The position numbers and the translations under genes are program-made. The notes under the pieces are model-generated. The model had not been told where the DNA came from, did not search any database, and worked only from the letters and a program-made list of their open reading frames with translations. From Leucoraja erinacea (lineage: Eukaryota), in contig NC_073391.1 of assembly GCF_028641065.1 (NCBI RefSeq), positions 14,384,001-14,448,000 of the forward strand: a stretch of 64,000 nt of DNA. The letters are read 5' to 3'. Below, in pieces: positions 24,870 through 36,204 of this stretch; within the stretch, counting starts at the first letter, position 1, and every line of letters begins with the position of its first letter.

Positions 24870-25487
24870 ATGGAGCTGCCTAATGAACAACTGCCCGCAG
24901 TTTACACAAGGGAAGAAAATAAGCTCGACTACTGGGATTATATGATGTCTCAGGTGAAGATTTTGCCATCAAGGCTTTTTGCAGCAAACAGTAGTTTGGA
25001 AAACATTTCATTGCAGGCTCAAAAGATACAAAGAAGGGTCACAGGGGACTCTAAAAAAAGAGCTGCTCCACCAGCTTCACGGACTGCATCAATGCCAGAG
25101 CTGTCTAGTGAATACATTACACACACAGCAAGCCCGAACAACCAGAATGTAAATGACAGACTTGACTACGGAGAAAGACATAATCAGTATGTTTCAGGTT
25201 CTACAAAGTGTATGTCTAACTTGAACCATTTAGATAATCCTTTTACAACATGTGCCCGGAGAACACAAGATTCCCCAGCTTACAGTACAACCAATGTTGA
25301 AATTGATTTTGGTGCAAGAACTGAGAAAGTGCAAATAAAAGACTCCTGCATGCATAGGAAGGAGTATGTTATGCTGGTCACATCTGATACTGTAAAATAC
25401 CACCAATTACCCAAGCGAGGTATTGTTGCAATTTATATCATCAATGAACAACATGATAATGATGCATCAACACTACATTGCATAGAG
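24870..25487 (+). CDS. Putative first coding exon of an unidentified host gene (206 codons)
   Basis: ATG in strong Kozak context (acaATGg), long non-TE ORF in AT-rich DNA, and a phase-0 donor GAG|GTAAGA at 25487 that matches the phase-0 acceptor at 28073. Confidence 0.65.
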
Positions 25488-25717
25488 GTAAGACTGGAAA
25501 TAAAATACAAGTAGTGATTCAGTGATATTAAAAATAACAATAATACCTTCCTGTAGTCAGTGAATTATTTACAATTTCAGATGATAGTTTGTTCTTTTAT
25601 GCCATCACACTTATAATTGTGGACATGATTAAAAGTAATTGTTTACTGTAGTGAAGTATTGTCTCCATTTAAATTAAATAGCTGATCTTAAAATAGAATG
25701 TAGTTAATCTGTGTTTA

Positions 25718-26850
25718 GATCCCGGGGAAATGATCAAGATCCTAAATGAATGCTTTTTATCGTATTCACCAGGGAGAGGGATGCAAAAGCTGTCGTGTTA
25801 AGGGAAGGCTACACTGACATTTTGGAACATGACAGTGTCTGGAAGGAGGAAGTATTAGAAATATTGGCATGCATTAAATCCTCTATCCCTGGATGCTGAG
25901 GAAAGTGAGGGAGGATATTTCTGGAGATCTGATGGATTAGCCATTGGTAAGGTGCCGGAAGACTGGAGGATAACTGATGTTGTTCCAGGTCCTTCAAAAA
26001 GTGCCTGGAATCTACAGGCCAGTGAGCCTTGCATCAGATGTTGGAGAAGATTCTGAGGGACAGAATCAATTGTGCTCACTTGGAAAGACAGAGACTGATT
26101 AGTAGGAGTCTGCATGGTTTTGTGCATAAATAGTCATGTTTCACAATTCTGATTGAGTTTTTTCAGGAGGTGGTGAAGAAAATGTATGCTGTAGATGTGA
26201 TTTGCATAAAATTCAGTAAGACATTCACCAGTTTCCCTGAGGTAGGCTAGTCCAGAAGGTTAACACAAAAAGGATATGAGGCATGTTGGCAAATTATGTC
26301 CAAAACTGACGGTGATAGGAAGCAAAGGATGGGAGTGGATGCGTATTCTTCTGACTCAGCTGATGATTTTGCCATCCAGGCTTTTTGTGACAACAGTAGT
26401 TTGTAAAACATTTAATAGTAGGCTCAAAAGAAGGGTCACAGGGGACTTCAGAAAAAGAGTTGCTGCACTAGCTTCATGCACTGCATCAATGCTATAGCTA
26501 TCTAATGAATACATTACACAAACAGCATGCATGAACAACCAAAATATTTCAGGTTCTGCAGAGTGTATGCCTAACTTGAACCATTCAAATAAGCCCATTA
26601 CAACATATGCCCAGAGAACACAAGGCTGGCTTACAGTCCAACCAATGTTGAAATTGATTTTGGTGCAAGACCTAAGAACGTGCAAAAAAAAACCTACTGC
26701 ATGCATTGGAAGGAGTATATTACACTAGTCACATATGATACTGTAAAATACTATCAATCCAAACATTTGGGGGGGTATGGGACGTCAAATTCTAGTTGGA
26801 CATAGAGTAAATGGCAGGGACCTTAGGAGCATCAATGTCCAAGGAGTCCA
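25718..26850 (+). mobile_element. Old CR1 LINE remnant whose middle is replaced by an exon copy
   Basis: ggtaaggtgccggaagactggagg, catggttttgtg and gatgtgatttgcataaaattcagtaag are CR1 RT-like; CR1-like sequence resumes at ~26770. Confidence 0.6.
26355..26758 (+). pseudogene. Decayed partial duplicate of exon sequence 24949-25408
   Basis: Colinear similarity (e.g. agaagggtcacaggggact, gaatacattacac, aaccaatgttgaaattgattttggtgcaaga) with indels and stops. Confidence 0.85.
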
Positions 26851-28072
26851 GTGATCCCTACCAATGTTCTTCAAAGGTCAGAATCTCATAAAAAGCCTAT
26901 TTGGATTTCTATCATCTTTTGGCTCCAGAGGCCCTTTCGTGAAATGGCATCAGCTGACTTCCAAATGTTCAAAAATAGAATTTTCCAAGGAAGTTAATTG
27001 AATGCCTTGAACACCCCTTTTCTCTTGGCTATATGCTGACCTTGAAGAAATATGCCTGGGATTGCAATATGGTCATTATGCCCTGCCCCCTTCACTGTGT
27101 CCATTGTCAGCTCATTTTTGCAACCTTCCTTTGGGCGTTCGATTTTATTGAGTAGACATTGCACATGCCTTTGTACACTGCAGAGCGCAAAGGAAAAGTC
27201 CCATATTAAACTGAGGTCACATTTGGGAGTTTGGGTGGGAGTGATGTGGGGGGAGAATGGGCTGGTGGGCTTTTCATTTGGGACATGGACCAATTAAGGG
27301 ATCAGAGTGTTGGATTTTGAGATCTTAGGATATCAGGGCTTGAACTGTTTGGTTGTTAGGCAATTAGGGGACAGGATTTGACCAAATGGGGGTTGAGATG
27401 AGTGAATAGAGATTGATATCCCAAAAGATAATTGGTAGGTATGGGTCTTAGCGAGTCTGTTCTCAGTATCTGGCTGTACAATGTAAGCATGATCATTCCA
27501 AGTGATTAATGATCATTTCTCTCAGAACACAGAATATTAATTTGGTGTCATTGTGTTGCTGATATTGTGCCTGGTGTGCAAATACAACTCACCCTGGAAA
27601 TGCCTGGCCACAGTTCCAATTATGCAAATTCATATGGAAATGTGCACGATCACATTTCATTTAGAAAGAGAATATTTTCAATGGCATAGATATGCAATAA
27701 ATAACACAATACTATCTTGTCAAAATATGGTTCAAATGTATAAATGTATCAGAATAGATGAAACATATTGGCTAGTGTGGGCATGTTGGTCTGAAGGGCC
27801 TGTTTCCACGCTGTAAGACTCTATGACTCTATAACTAATAATTGACAAGAGGTGGTTCTATCCAAAAGGAAGAATAACATGAATAAAGTAAGAACATAGT
27901 AGAGAGCTGCAAGGTTTTACTTTAGTCATAAGAATTTAAAGTACGTGTAATATGTGCATGTTTTGTTTTATTTTAATGTAATAATAGGAGTAAAGCCATA
28001 ATTAAAATAGAATCAAATTACTTTGTGAATGAACAAAGACGCTGCATTAAGATTCTATTTTTTTTTTAACAG

Positions 28073-28163
28073 AATGAGAAAATCAATGATCTCTTTGCAT
28101 CGGTCCCAATTCAAAAAGTGAAAAGTAGATTGATGACCAGGAATGCAGATCAAGTTCTTGAAG
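28073..28163 (+). CDS. Internal coding exon (91 bp): NEKINDLFASVPIQKVKSRLMTRNADQVLE
   Basis: Poly-T acceptor tttttttttaacAG, donor AAG|GTAATT, open frame starting in phase 0. Confidence 0.7.
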
Positions 28164-28651
28164 GTAATTTGCCCAAACCATGTGTTTAAAAGAAAGGTCT
28201 TTGGTGTCAAAAGATTTTGTCGGTTAGTGCAAAAGCCTTGTCAAATAATAATATATTTTGTGACATTTAGGTTATATGCATTTTTTTATTTTAGTCACCT
28301 TAAAGAATGATGGGCTGTTTGTAAATGGAGTACGTTTTGACTGCCCTGAAGATTAATTACATGTTTTTATTATCAGACTGGTTAGGAGTATTTGTAATAA
28401 TATAATGGGCTCATAACTGAGGTATTCCTGCGCCAGCTTTCTAGTTAGTGGAGTGTAGACTAATGGACACTTCCACTACAAGAGTGAACTCCTCATGCTA
28501 TGAACGTGTGCGTATGCACAGTCTGAGTGCGTGCATGGTTTTTGAATTTCCTGAAATTATTTTAGGATATAACTTTCAGCATTAAAAAAAATCCAGATTC
28601 TGAGTAATTCTGAATGTTTGTGAATATATTTAAATTTCAGTGATAGTGACT

Positions 28652-29303
28652 GGGCGGCACAGTGGTGCAGTGGTAGAGTTGCTGCCTTACTGTGCCAGAG
28701 ACCTGGGTACGATCCTGCCTACGGGTACTGGGTGTCTGTACAGAATTTTTACATTCTCCCCGTGACATTCGTTTTCTCCAGATGCTCCGGTTTAGAAACA
28801 TAGAAACATAGAAAATAGGTGCAGGAGTAGGCCATTCGGCCCTTCGAGCCTGCACCGCCATTCAATATGATCATGGCTGATCATCCAACTCAGTATCCTG
28901 TACCTGCCTTCTCTCCATACCCCCTGATCCCTTTAGCCACAAGGGCCACATCTAACTCCCTCTTAAATATAGCCAATGAACTGGTCTCAACTACCTTCTG
29001 TGGCAGAGAATTCCAGAGATTCACCACTCTCTGTGTGAAAAATGTTTTTCTCATCTCGGTCCTAAAAGATTTCCTCCTTATTCTTAAACTGTGACCCCTT
29101 ATTCTGGACTTCCCCAACATCGAGAACAATCTTCCTGCATCTAGCCTGTCCTAATGTTTCCTCCCACATTCCGAAGAATACAGGTTTGTAAGTTAATTGG
29201 CTTCTGTAACTTGTTCCTAGTGTGTGGGATAGTGTACGGGATGATCGCTGGTCAGCGCAGACTTGGTGGGCCAAAGGGCCTGTTTCCACTCTGAATCTAA
29301 AAA
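28652..29303 (+). mobile_element. HE1-like tRNA-derived SINE split by CR1
   Basis: Pol III A box TGGTGCAGTGG and B-box-like GGTACGATCC; 3' tail gggcctgtttccactctgaatctaaa. Confidence 0.85.
28793..29151 (-). mobile_element. CR1 3' fragment (young)
   Basis: RGHSLRIRRKSFRTEMRKTFFTQRVVNLWNSLP; (GAAACATA)n tail; nearly identical to 46890-47220. Confidence 0.9.
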
Positions 29304-29571
29304 AGCTTTGGTATACAGTGTGACGGGATGAGGCCTCAATGACCAGCAATGCAAGTCTGTCAGCATAGGTGGCCACGTGCTGTTCTGCACCATCCTGAGC
29401 CACACTGATAGTGTGGGAATGCATTGAACCAGGAGATCTGTGATCTTCAGGAATAGACAATCTGCCCCAAATGTTATATATAATCTCGAAAATAAAACTT
29501 AACCAGAAGTTTAAGAATTTGAAAGAAAGTAAATAATAAACTTGCATTTCTATGCCACCTTTTAGTTTTTT

Positions 29572-29882
29572 TAGTTTAGTTTAGAGATACAGTGCTGAAA
29601 CAGGCCCTTCGGCCCACTGAGTCCCTGCTCATTAACACAAGCCTACACTCACTGGAGACAATTTTACACTTATACCAAGTATACAAACCCAAGCCAATTA
29701 ACCTACAAATATGTACGTCTTTGGAGTGTGGGAGGAAACTGAAGATCTCGGAGAAAACCCGCGCGGTCACGAGGAGAACGTACAAACTTCGTACTGACAG
29801 CATCTGTAGTTTAGATCGAACCCGGGTCTCTGGCACTGTAAGCGCTGTAATGCAGCAACTCTACCGCTGCGCCACCGTGCCG
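29572..29882 (-). mobile_element. HE1-like SINE, near full length
   Basis: Reverse complement starts cggcacggtggcgcagcggtagagttgctgc...gggttcgatc (A/B boxes) and ends in (CTAAA)n. Confidence 0.9.
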
Positions 29883-30769
29883 ATCTTTTTGCAATGGTCA
29901 AACGTTCCAACGTTTTTGCAGTATATCACACTTTTGAAAATATTTGCACAGACTTGAGACTTGTTTGATGCAAAATAGCATGGTGACTCTTTGTGTATTG
30001 TCCCAGAAGAGGATCTACTATTATCCACTCCAACTGTTCCACTCCATACTGTGTATGATTGTACTCATGCACAGTATGATTTGACTAGATAGCATTCAAA
30101 ACAAAGCTTTTCACTGTAATTCAGTGCACAAGACAATAATAATAAACTATAAACACACAGCATGATCCTACAAATAGGACTATTTCAGCTATTGAATTCA
30201 GGTATTAATTTAAGAATATGTGTTATCCAGTGCGCATGGAAAATTAATTTTACTTTCCAAGTACCTCTCAAGAAAGCAAATGAGATTTAATATCTCATTT
30301 GAAAGATAACATCTTAGTGCAATGCTCTCCCAGCACTATCAGCCTGCAGCAGATGCTGAATTGGCATTAAGACCAACATGTTATGACTTTGGCAAAAGAG
30401 TTATCACAGTCAAGGCTGATACTGAAGACAACAATGTTTCTCGTACAGGCGTCAGCACTGAAATCAACAAATTTGTATAATGAAAATGTTTTAAAAACTC
30501 CACATGCTGTAAATCTGATATGAAAATAGAAAATGCTGGAAAGACTCAGCAGGTCAGGCAGCATCTGTGAAAAGAGAAACAGTTAACATTTCAGGACACA
30601 TCATCAGGACTCAGCTTCTAGCATTTTACTTTCATTTTAATTTTAATTTCAGAAAACTGGTTTCACCAATTTGTTAGGCACGACCAGTTCTGAATCAAAT
30701 TTCCACCTCCGCAGATGCTACATGATCTGTTGGGTATACCTTTGCTTTTATTTTATATTTCCAGCAACA

Positions 30770-31465
30770 TCGATGCAGGATTCCCAAAAAGTTAATCTGC
30801 AAGTCAAATCAGTAGTAAAGAAAGCAAACTCAATGCTAGTATTTATTTCAAGAGGGCTTGTATACAAAAACAGGGATGTAATGCTGAGGCTCTGTAAGAC
30901 ACTGGTAAGACCGCATTTCGAATATTGTGAGCACTTTTGGGCACCATATCTGAGGAAGGATGTGCTGGCTCTGGAGAGGGTCCAGAGGAGGTTTAGAAGA
31001 ATGATCCCAGGAATGAGCAGGATAACCTATGGTGAGCATTTGTTGGCACTGGGCCTGTACTCCCTGGAGTTTAAAAGAATGAGGGGGGACCTCATTGAAG
31101 TGTACAGAATAGTGAATGACTCGGATAGAGTGGATGCAGAGAGGATGTTTCCACTAGTGGGAGAGTCTAGAACTAAAGGTCATAGCCTCAGACTTAATGG
31201 ACGTTCTTATAGGAAGGAGATGAGGAAAATATATTTAGTCAGTAAGGGGGTGAATCTGTGGAATTCTTTGTCACAGAAGGCTGTGGAGGCCCAGTAAGTG
31301 GATATTTTTAAGGCAGAGATAGATAGATTTTTGATCAGTACAGGCGTCAGAGATTATGGGGAGAAGGCAGGAGAATGGGGTTAGCTGAGAGAGATAGATT
31401 ATCCATGATTGAATGGATGAGTAGACTTGATGGGGCGAATTCTACTCCTATCCCTTATGACCTTA
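30770..31465 (+). mobile_element. CR1 LINE 3' portion
   Basis: ORF 30671-31297: VVKKANSML...LERVQRRF...GHSLRL. Confidence 0.88.
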
Positions 31466-31711
31466 TTACAAATCCACAAACTTACACAGCTCTGTTAATT
31501 CTACCTCCATCCTTCTTACCTCCGGTAATAAATCCATTCCAATCTCCTAGTTTTCACATCTGTTCTACTGACATCCCTTGCTAACAATTGTCTCCAAGAC
31601 ATCTTTCTTTTTCCTTAACTATGGCTTCAGCTTCCACAGAGTTGAATGGGTTCGCAATGCTCTTGGAGACAGTTTTGGAGACAGAAACTGTCAGTTTTGC
31701 TCTTTCATCTT

Positions 31712-31810
31712 ATAACCATATAACCATATAACCTCTTACAGCACGGAAACAGGCCATCTCGGCCCTACAAGTCCACGCCGAACAAATTTTTTTCCCCTTA
31801 GTCCCACCTT
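31712..31810 (-). mobile_element. Very short CR1 3' end (same subfamily as 9467)
   Basis: (ATAACCAT)n followed by ttacagcacggaaacaggccatctcg. Confidence 0.75.
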
Positions 31811-32074
31811 AGTCATCTTCACCAACAAATCTCTCTGCACATTTCCTTACAATTATAGGATGTGTAGCACCTACCCATTCAACATCTTCCCTTCCCAATA
31901 TTCAGGAATCCACAGACTCCTTTGCCCTCCTTCAAGTTTAGTACATTGCATTTAGCACCCACCATATTGTTTCCTATTCATTGGAAAATCCTAACTCAGA
32001 TTGGATGATCGTTCAGTCTACAAATGAGCCTTGAGCCTCTAGTTACCTTTCAGTTCGATTTTCCTTTTACTTCC

Positions 32075-32283
32075 TGTAGACTAGTGCATGTTCCTTTAAC
32101 ATAGTGACCTCACCACTACTAACCACTCCCCACATCACCAGTATAATTGTAACCTCCCCACCTCTAGATCGCTCTCTAGCTCCGGTGACAGACCACGGAC
32201 AGCTAGGGCAGTAATGTATCTGAGTATTGTTAATAGTAATAAAACAGTAGTGAAGACATAGTGCGTTTTGACTCGTCTTTACA
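32075..32283 (+). repeat. Gypsy 5' LTR
   Basis: Direct repeat of 42595-42803 with 2 mismatches; contains AATAAA. Confidence 0.97.
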
Positions 32284-32383
32284 TGGTGTCATAGTAATAC
32301 CTTGCGCCTCCTGTTTAACGGGTTTTATTTCTTTTTATCGCCCAGTTCCCTACCCTCGAGCGTTTCTCTCCCGTGCCCCTACC

Positions 32384-35300
32384 ATGGCCAACTCTTGTTG
32401 CAAGCCTGATATGCTGGTCTTCGACTCCGACATTGCCCATCGGTGGGCTGTCTTCCGACGCGATTTTGAGCACTACATTGCTATTGCCCATCCTAATGCC
32501 ACCCTTGCAACGCAGTCGCACCAGCTCCTAAACGTGGCTGGCCCGGAGGCCCTGGAACGATCGGAGTCGTTTGAATACGGTGATGGTGAGGATGCTCGGG
32601 ACCCGGTATGTCTTTTGGCTAAGTTCACCGGTCTGTGAGACATTCCCACCAACTGCATTCTAGAACGATTTTTCACCAGGTGCCAGAACCCCAGTGAACA
32701 CATGGACACCTACATTGCCGCGCTACGGCATCTGGCACGGCGTTGCCGCCTGGACGCGCTGACCCCCGATCAAATGACCCGGGACGTCCTGGTGTTCGGT
32801 CTCCAGGACGAGAAACTGCGGGCTGAACTTCTAAGGAAGCCCGATCTGACTTCGACAGAGGCTCTGCACGCCTCTCACATGGCAGCGGCTGTCGCCTCCG
32901 TGGTTTCATCTGCTGCTCAGGACCTTAACGTTGCCGTTGTTGCTGGCCGCCGGCGGATCGATGGCCCGCCACGCCTGCGTGGTTCCCCTGCCCCCTCGAG
33001 GGGCAGCCCGCGTCGTTGCCCCAACTGCAACTTTGCATCCCATCAGTTTAATGTTTGCCCAGCGCTGGGGAAGACTTGCAATTTCTGCAAAAAGTTGAAC
33101 CATTTTTCAGCCGCATGTTGGTCCCGTGGGAATCCGGCTCCTGCCCCCAGGAGAATGTTAAACAACCTTGCGGAGGCTGATAGCACGCTCGTTTCACAGC
33201 ACTATTCGGATGAATTCTCTGATTCTGATACCAGTTCCTCCCATGATGAATCAAGCGTTTTTTCATTATTGCTTGCACCTGGGCTGATTACAGATCCCTC
33301 GGTGCATGTTACTGTGAATGGGTCGACCTTCCCAGCGAAACTTGACACGGGGGCGGTTACAAATGTTATGTCGGTGAGCCTCTTCAATAAGATAAGGTCT
33401 GGTGAGAAGGTCACTCCCGACTACTCCCATCTACATGCCTATGGGGGCGGTGTGCTCGTACCAGTCGGGAAGGCAACCCTTATCTGCAAGGTTTTGAAGG
33501 CCTCTCGGCCCCTCACTTTTTAGCTGCTGGACACTGAGAACACCATGCTGTTGGGCGCCCGTGCGTGCCAGGACCTCGGATTGGTCTCCTTTCACCGCGA
33601 TATCCACCTGGTGCGGACCCTCCTGTACCCCCTGCATGAGTACCCTGATCGTTTCGACGACGAGCTGGGCAGGCTACCCTGCAATTACAAGATCGTTGTC
33701 GACCCAGGTGTCAAGCCTGTGGTCCGCCCGCCACACCGCGTCTCCTTTGCTATGAAGGACAAGGTAGAGTCGACTCTGCGCCACATGGTGGCCGGGGGCA
33801 TCCTCAAGGAGGTGAGTGATCCCACCAGGTGGGTCTCCACCATGGTTGTTGCTGCAGAGAAGCATAAGAGTGAGCTTCGCATTTGTATAAACCCTAAGGA
33901 CCTGAACCTTGCCATCAAGCGCCCACAGTACCCCATGCGGACGGCGGAGGACGTCGCTGCACAGGTTGGCCCGGCCACTGTCTTCTTGGTCCTCGATGCC
34001 AAGAGCTCTTTCTGGCAGATACCGCTGGATGAACGTTCCTCCTTCCTGACCACCTTCAGCCCACCCTTCGGCAGGTTCCGTTTCCTTCGTATGCCATTCG
34101 GGATCAATTCTGCCAGTGAGGTCTTCCAGCGCACCATGGAGCAGCTGTTTGCCGGTCTGCCGTGTGCTATCATAGTCGACGACATCCTGGTATATGGGAA
34201 GGACGTCACTGAGCACGACCTCCACCTCCGCCAAGTCCTGGACAGGGCTCGTGAGATCAACCTTAAGCTTAACCCTAAGAAGTGCCGTTTCCGCGTCCCA
34301 GAGGTCACGTACGTGGGCCACGTCTTCACGGCTGAGTGGCTGATGCCTGACCCGCAGAAGACGGCTGCGGTCTCTGGGATGTCTGCACCCGCCGACGTGC
34401 CCAGCCTGCAGCGCTTTCTGGGCATGGTGAACTACCTGGGGAAGTTCATTCCCGACCTCAGTGATCTGAGTGCGCCCCTGAGGGAGCTGATCAAACAGGA
34501 CAATGCCTGGGCTTGGTCCCCGAAGCACCAGAAGGCGTTTGACATCCTGCAATCCAGGCTGGTTAGTACCCCCACTCTCAAGTACTTTGACTTGCGGTGT
34601 CCTATTGTCCTCACCTGTGACGCCTCGAAGTTCGGTCTTGGTGCCGCCTGCCTGCAGCTCTACGACGGCCTGCAGCTGCCTGTCTCCTACGCTTCTCGCA
34701 CCATGACCCCCGCTGAGCAGCGTTATGCCCAGATCGAGAAGGAGCTCCTCGCCGTGGTGTTTGCCTGCTCGAAGTTTAAGGATTACATCCTGGGCAACAC
34801 CGTCACTATCGAGACCGACCACCAGCCGCTGGTCACGATCCTGTGGTGCCTGCCGCGCTGCGGGACCACTATTTTCAAACCGCCCACAGCGGCCACCCCG
34901 GGGCCGAGGCCACTCTGTCCCAGGCACAGAGCCAGATCTATTGGCCCAGCATGGCCCCGGATATCCGGGAGAGGGTCTCCGCCTGCTCCACCTGCAATAG
35001 TCTCTCTCCCCTCCAGCAACGGCAGCCGCTTCTACAACAGCCGGCCCCGGGTCTGCCATGGATGGCAGTCGCCACTGACATCTTCGAATGGCGTGGCAAG
35101 CACTTCCTGGTCCTTGTGAATTCCTACTCCAGCTGGTTCGAGGTGGACCAGCTGACCTCCCTCACATCTGCTGCTGTCATTGGGAAGCTACGCCGCCACT
35201 TCCCATCCTTTGGCTCCCCTGCGAGTTTGCAGTCGGACAATGGTAGCCAGTTTTCAAGTGCGGAGTTCCGCGAATTCGCTGCCACCTGGAAATTTCGTCA

Positions 35301-35857
35301 CTTCACCAGCAGCCCCGAGTACCCGCAGAGCAACGGCCTTGCGGAGCGCGCTGTCCGCAGTGCCAAGGAATTGCTGGAGCACTGCAGACTTTCCCGGTCG
35401 GATTTTCACCTGGCCCTCCTCAACCTCCACAACATTTCCCGAGACCCTGCCCTGGGCTCGCCTGCTCAGCGACTCGTGTCTCGCACTAAGCGCCCACCTA
35501 TCCCTGTGTCCCAGCGGTCCTGGTGCCTTCGGTCCTCCGCCCTGCTGCCGTCCAGGAGCGCATTGCCCAAAAGCAAGATATACAGAAACACTCCCACGAC
35601 AAGTCCTGCCGTCCTCTTCCGCGGCTGTTCCCTGGTCAGGTCGTCCGGATGCAGTCCCCCTCCGGACACTGCCGACTGGCGGTAGTCGTTGGCTATGCCG
35701 GTTCGCCGCGCTCTTACCTCATTGACCATGAGGGTACCATCTATCGCCGCTCCTGCCAGCACCTGCGGCTTGTCAATGAGCCGACTCCACCCCCTTGTGC
35801 TCCTTTTGCCCCCCCCAATTTCTTCCTCTCTGCCTACCGCTCCTCGCATGCCCAGAA
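32384..35857 (+). pseudogene. Gypsy gag-pol polyprotein, disrupted
   Basis: Single frame from ATG 32384 with stops at 32636 and 33521. Cys/His knuckle region (CNFCKKLNHFSAAC), protease LDTGA, RT IVDD, RNase H CDAS/TDHQPL, deletion and frameshift at ~34840, integrase HHCC and D,D35E (TDIF, SDNG, AERAV). Confidence 0.93.
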
Positions 35858-36204
35858 TTCTTTTTTTAATTAAAAAAAAATATATATTTTTATTAGAAGT
35901 AGACATATTATAAAGCATAGTTACATATTATAGTAAAAATACTTTTCATATACATCAGTCATACATTATTAAAATTTTCAATTATCAATTACTTTTGCTT
36001 TAGTGTTTTTATTTTTTTATAGAAAAAAAGAGAAAGAGAGGGTAGAAAGATACAAATAAAAAATAATTAAAAAAACAGAAAAACAAAGGAGGTGGAATGG
36101 ATTACCTGTAATACGTCAATGGAGATAGGTTCGTAGATTATAAAGTATAGCTTTTCATCTGATCCTGAGTTCAAGTTTCAGTTGGGTCCTCGTGCTGTGC
36201 CAAT

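Noticed and set aside
25488-25514. C-terminus VRLEIKYK of the 214-aa ORF as a single-exon gene
   Set aside because: More likely intron read-through past the strong donor at 25487.
28652-28725. tRNA-like sequence with A/B boxes
   Set aside because: SINE head, continuous with the HE1-like core and tail; not a tRNA gene.
33674-35059. 461-aa antisense ORF inside the Gypsy
   Set aside because: Shadow frame of GC-rich pol with no recognisable motifs.
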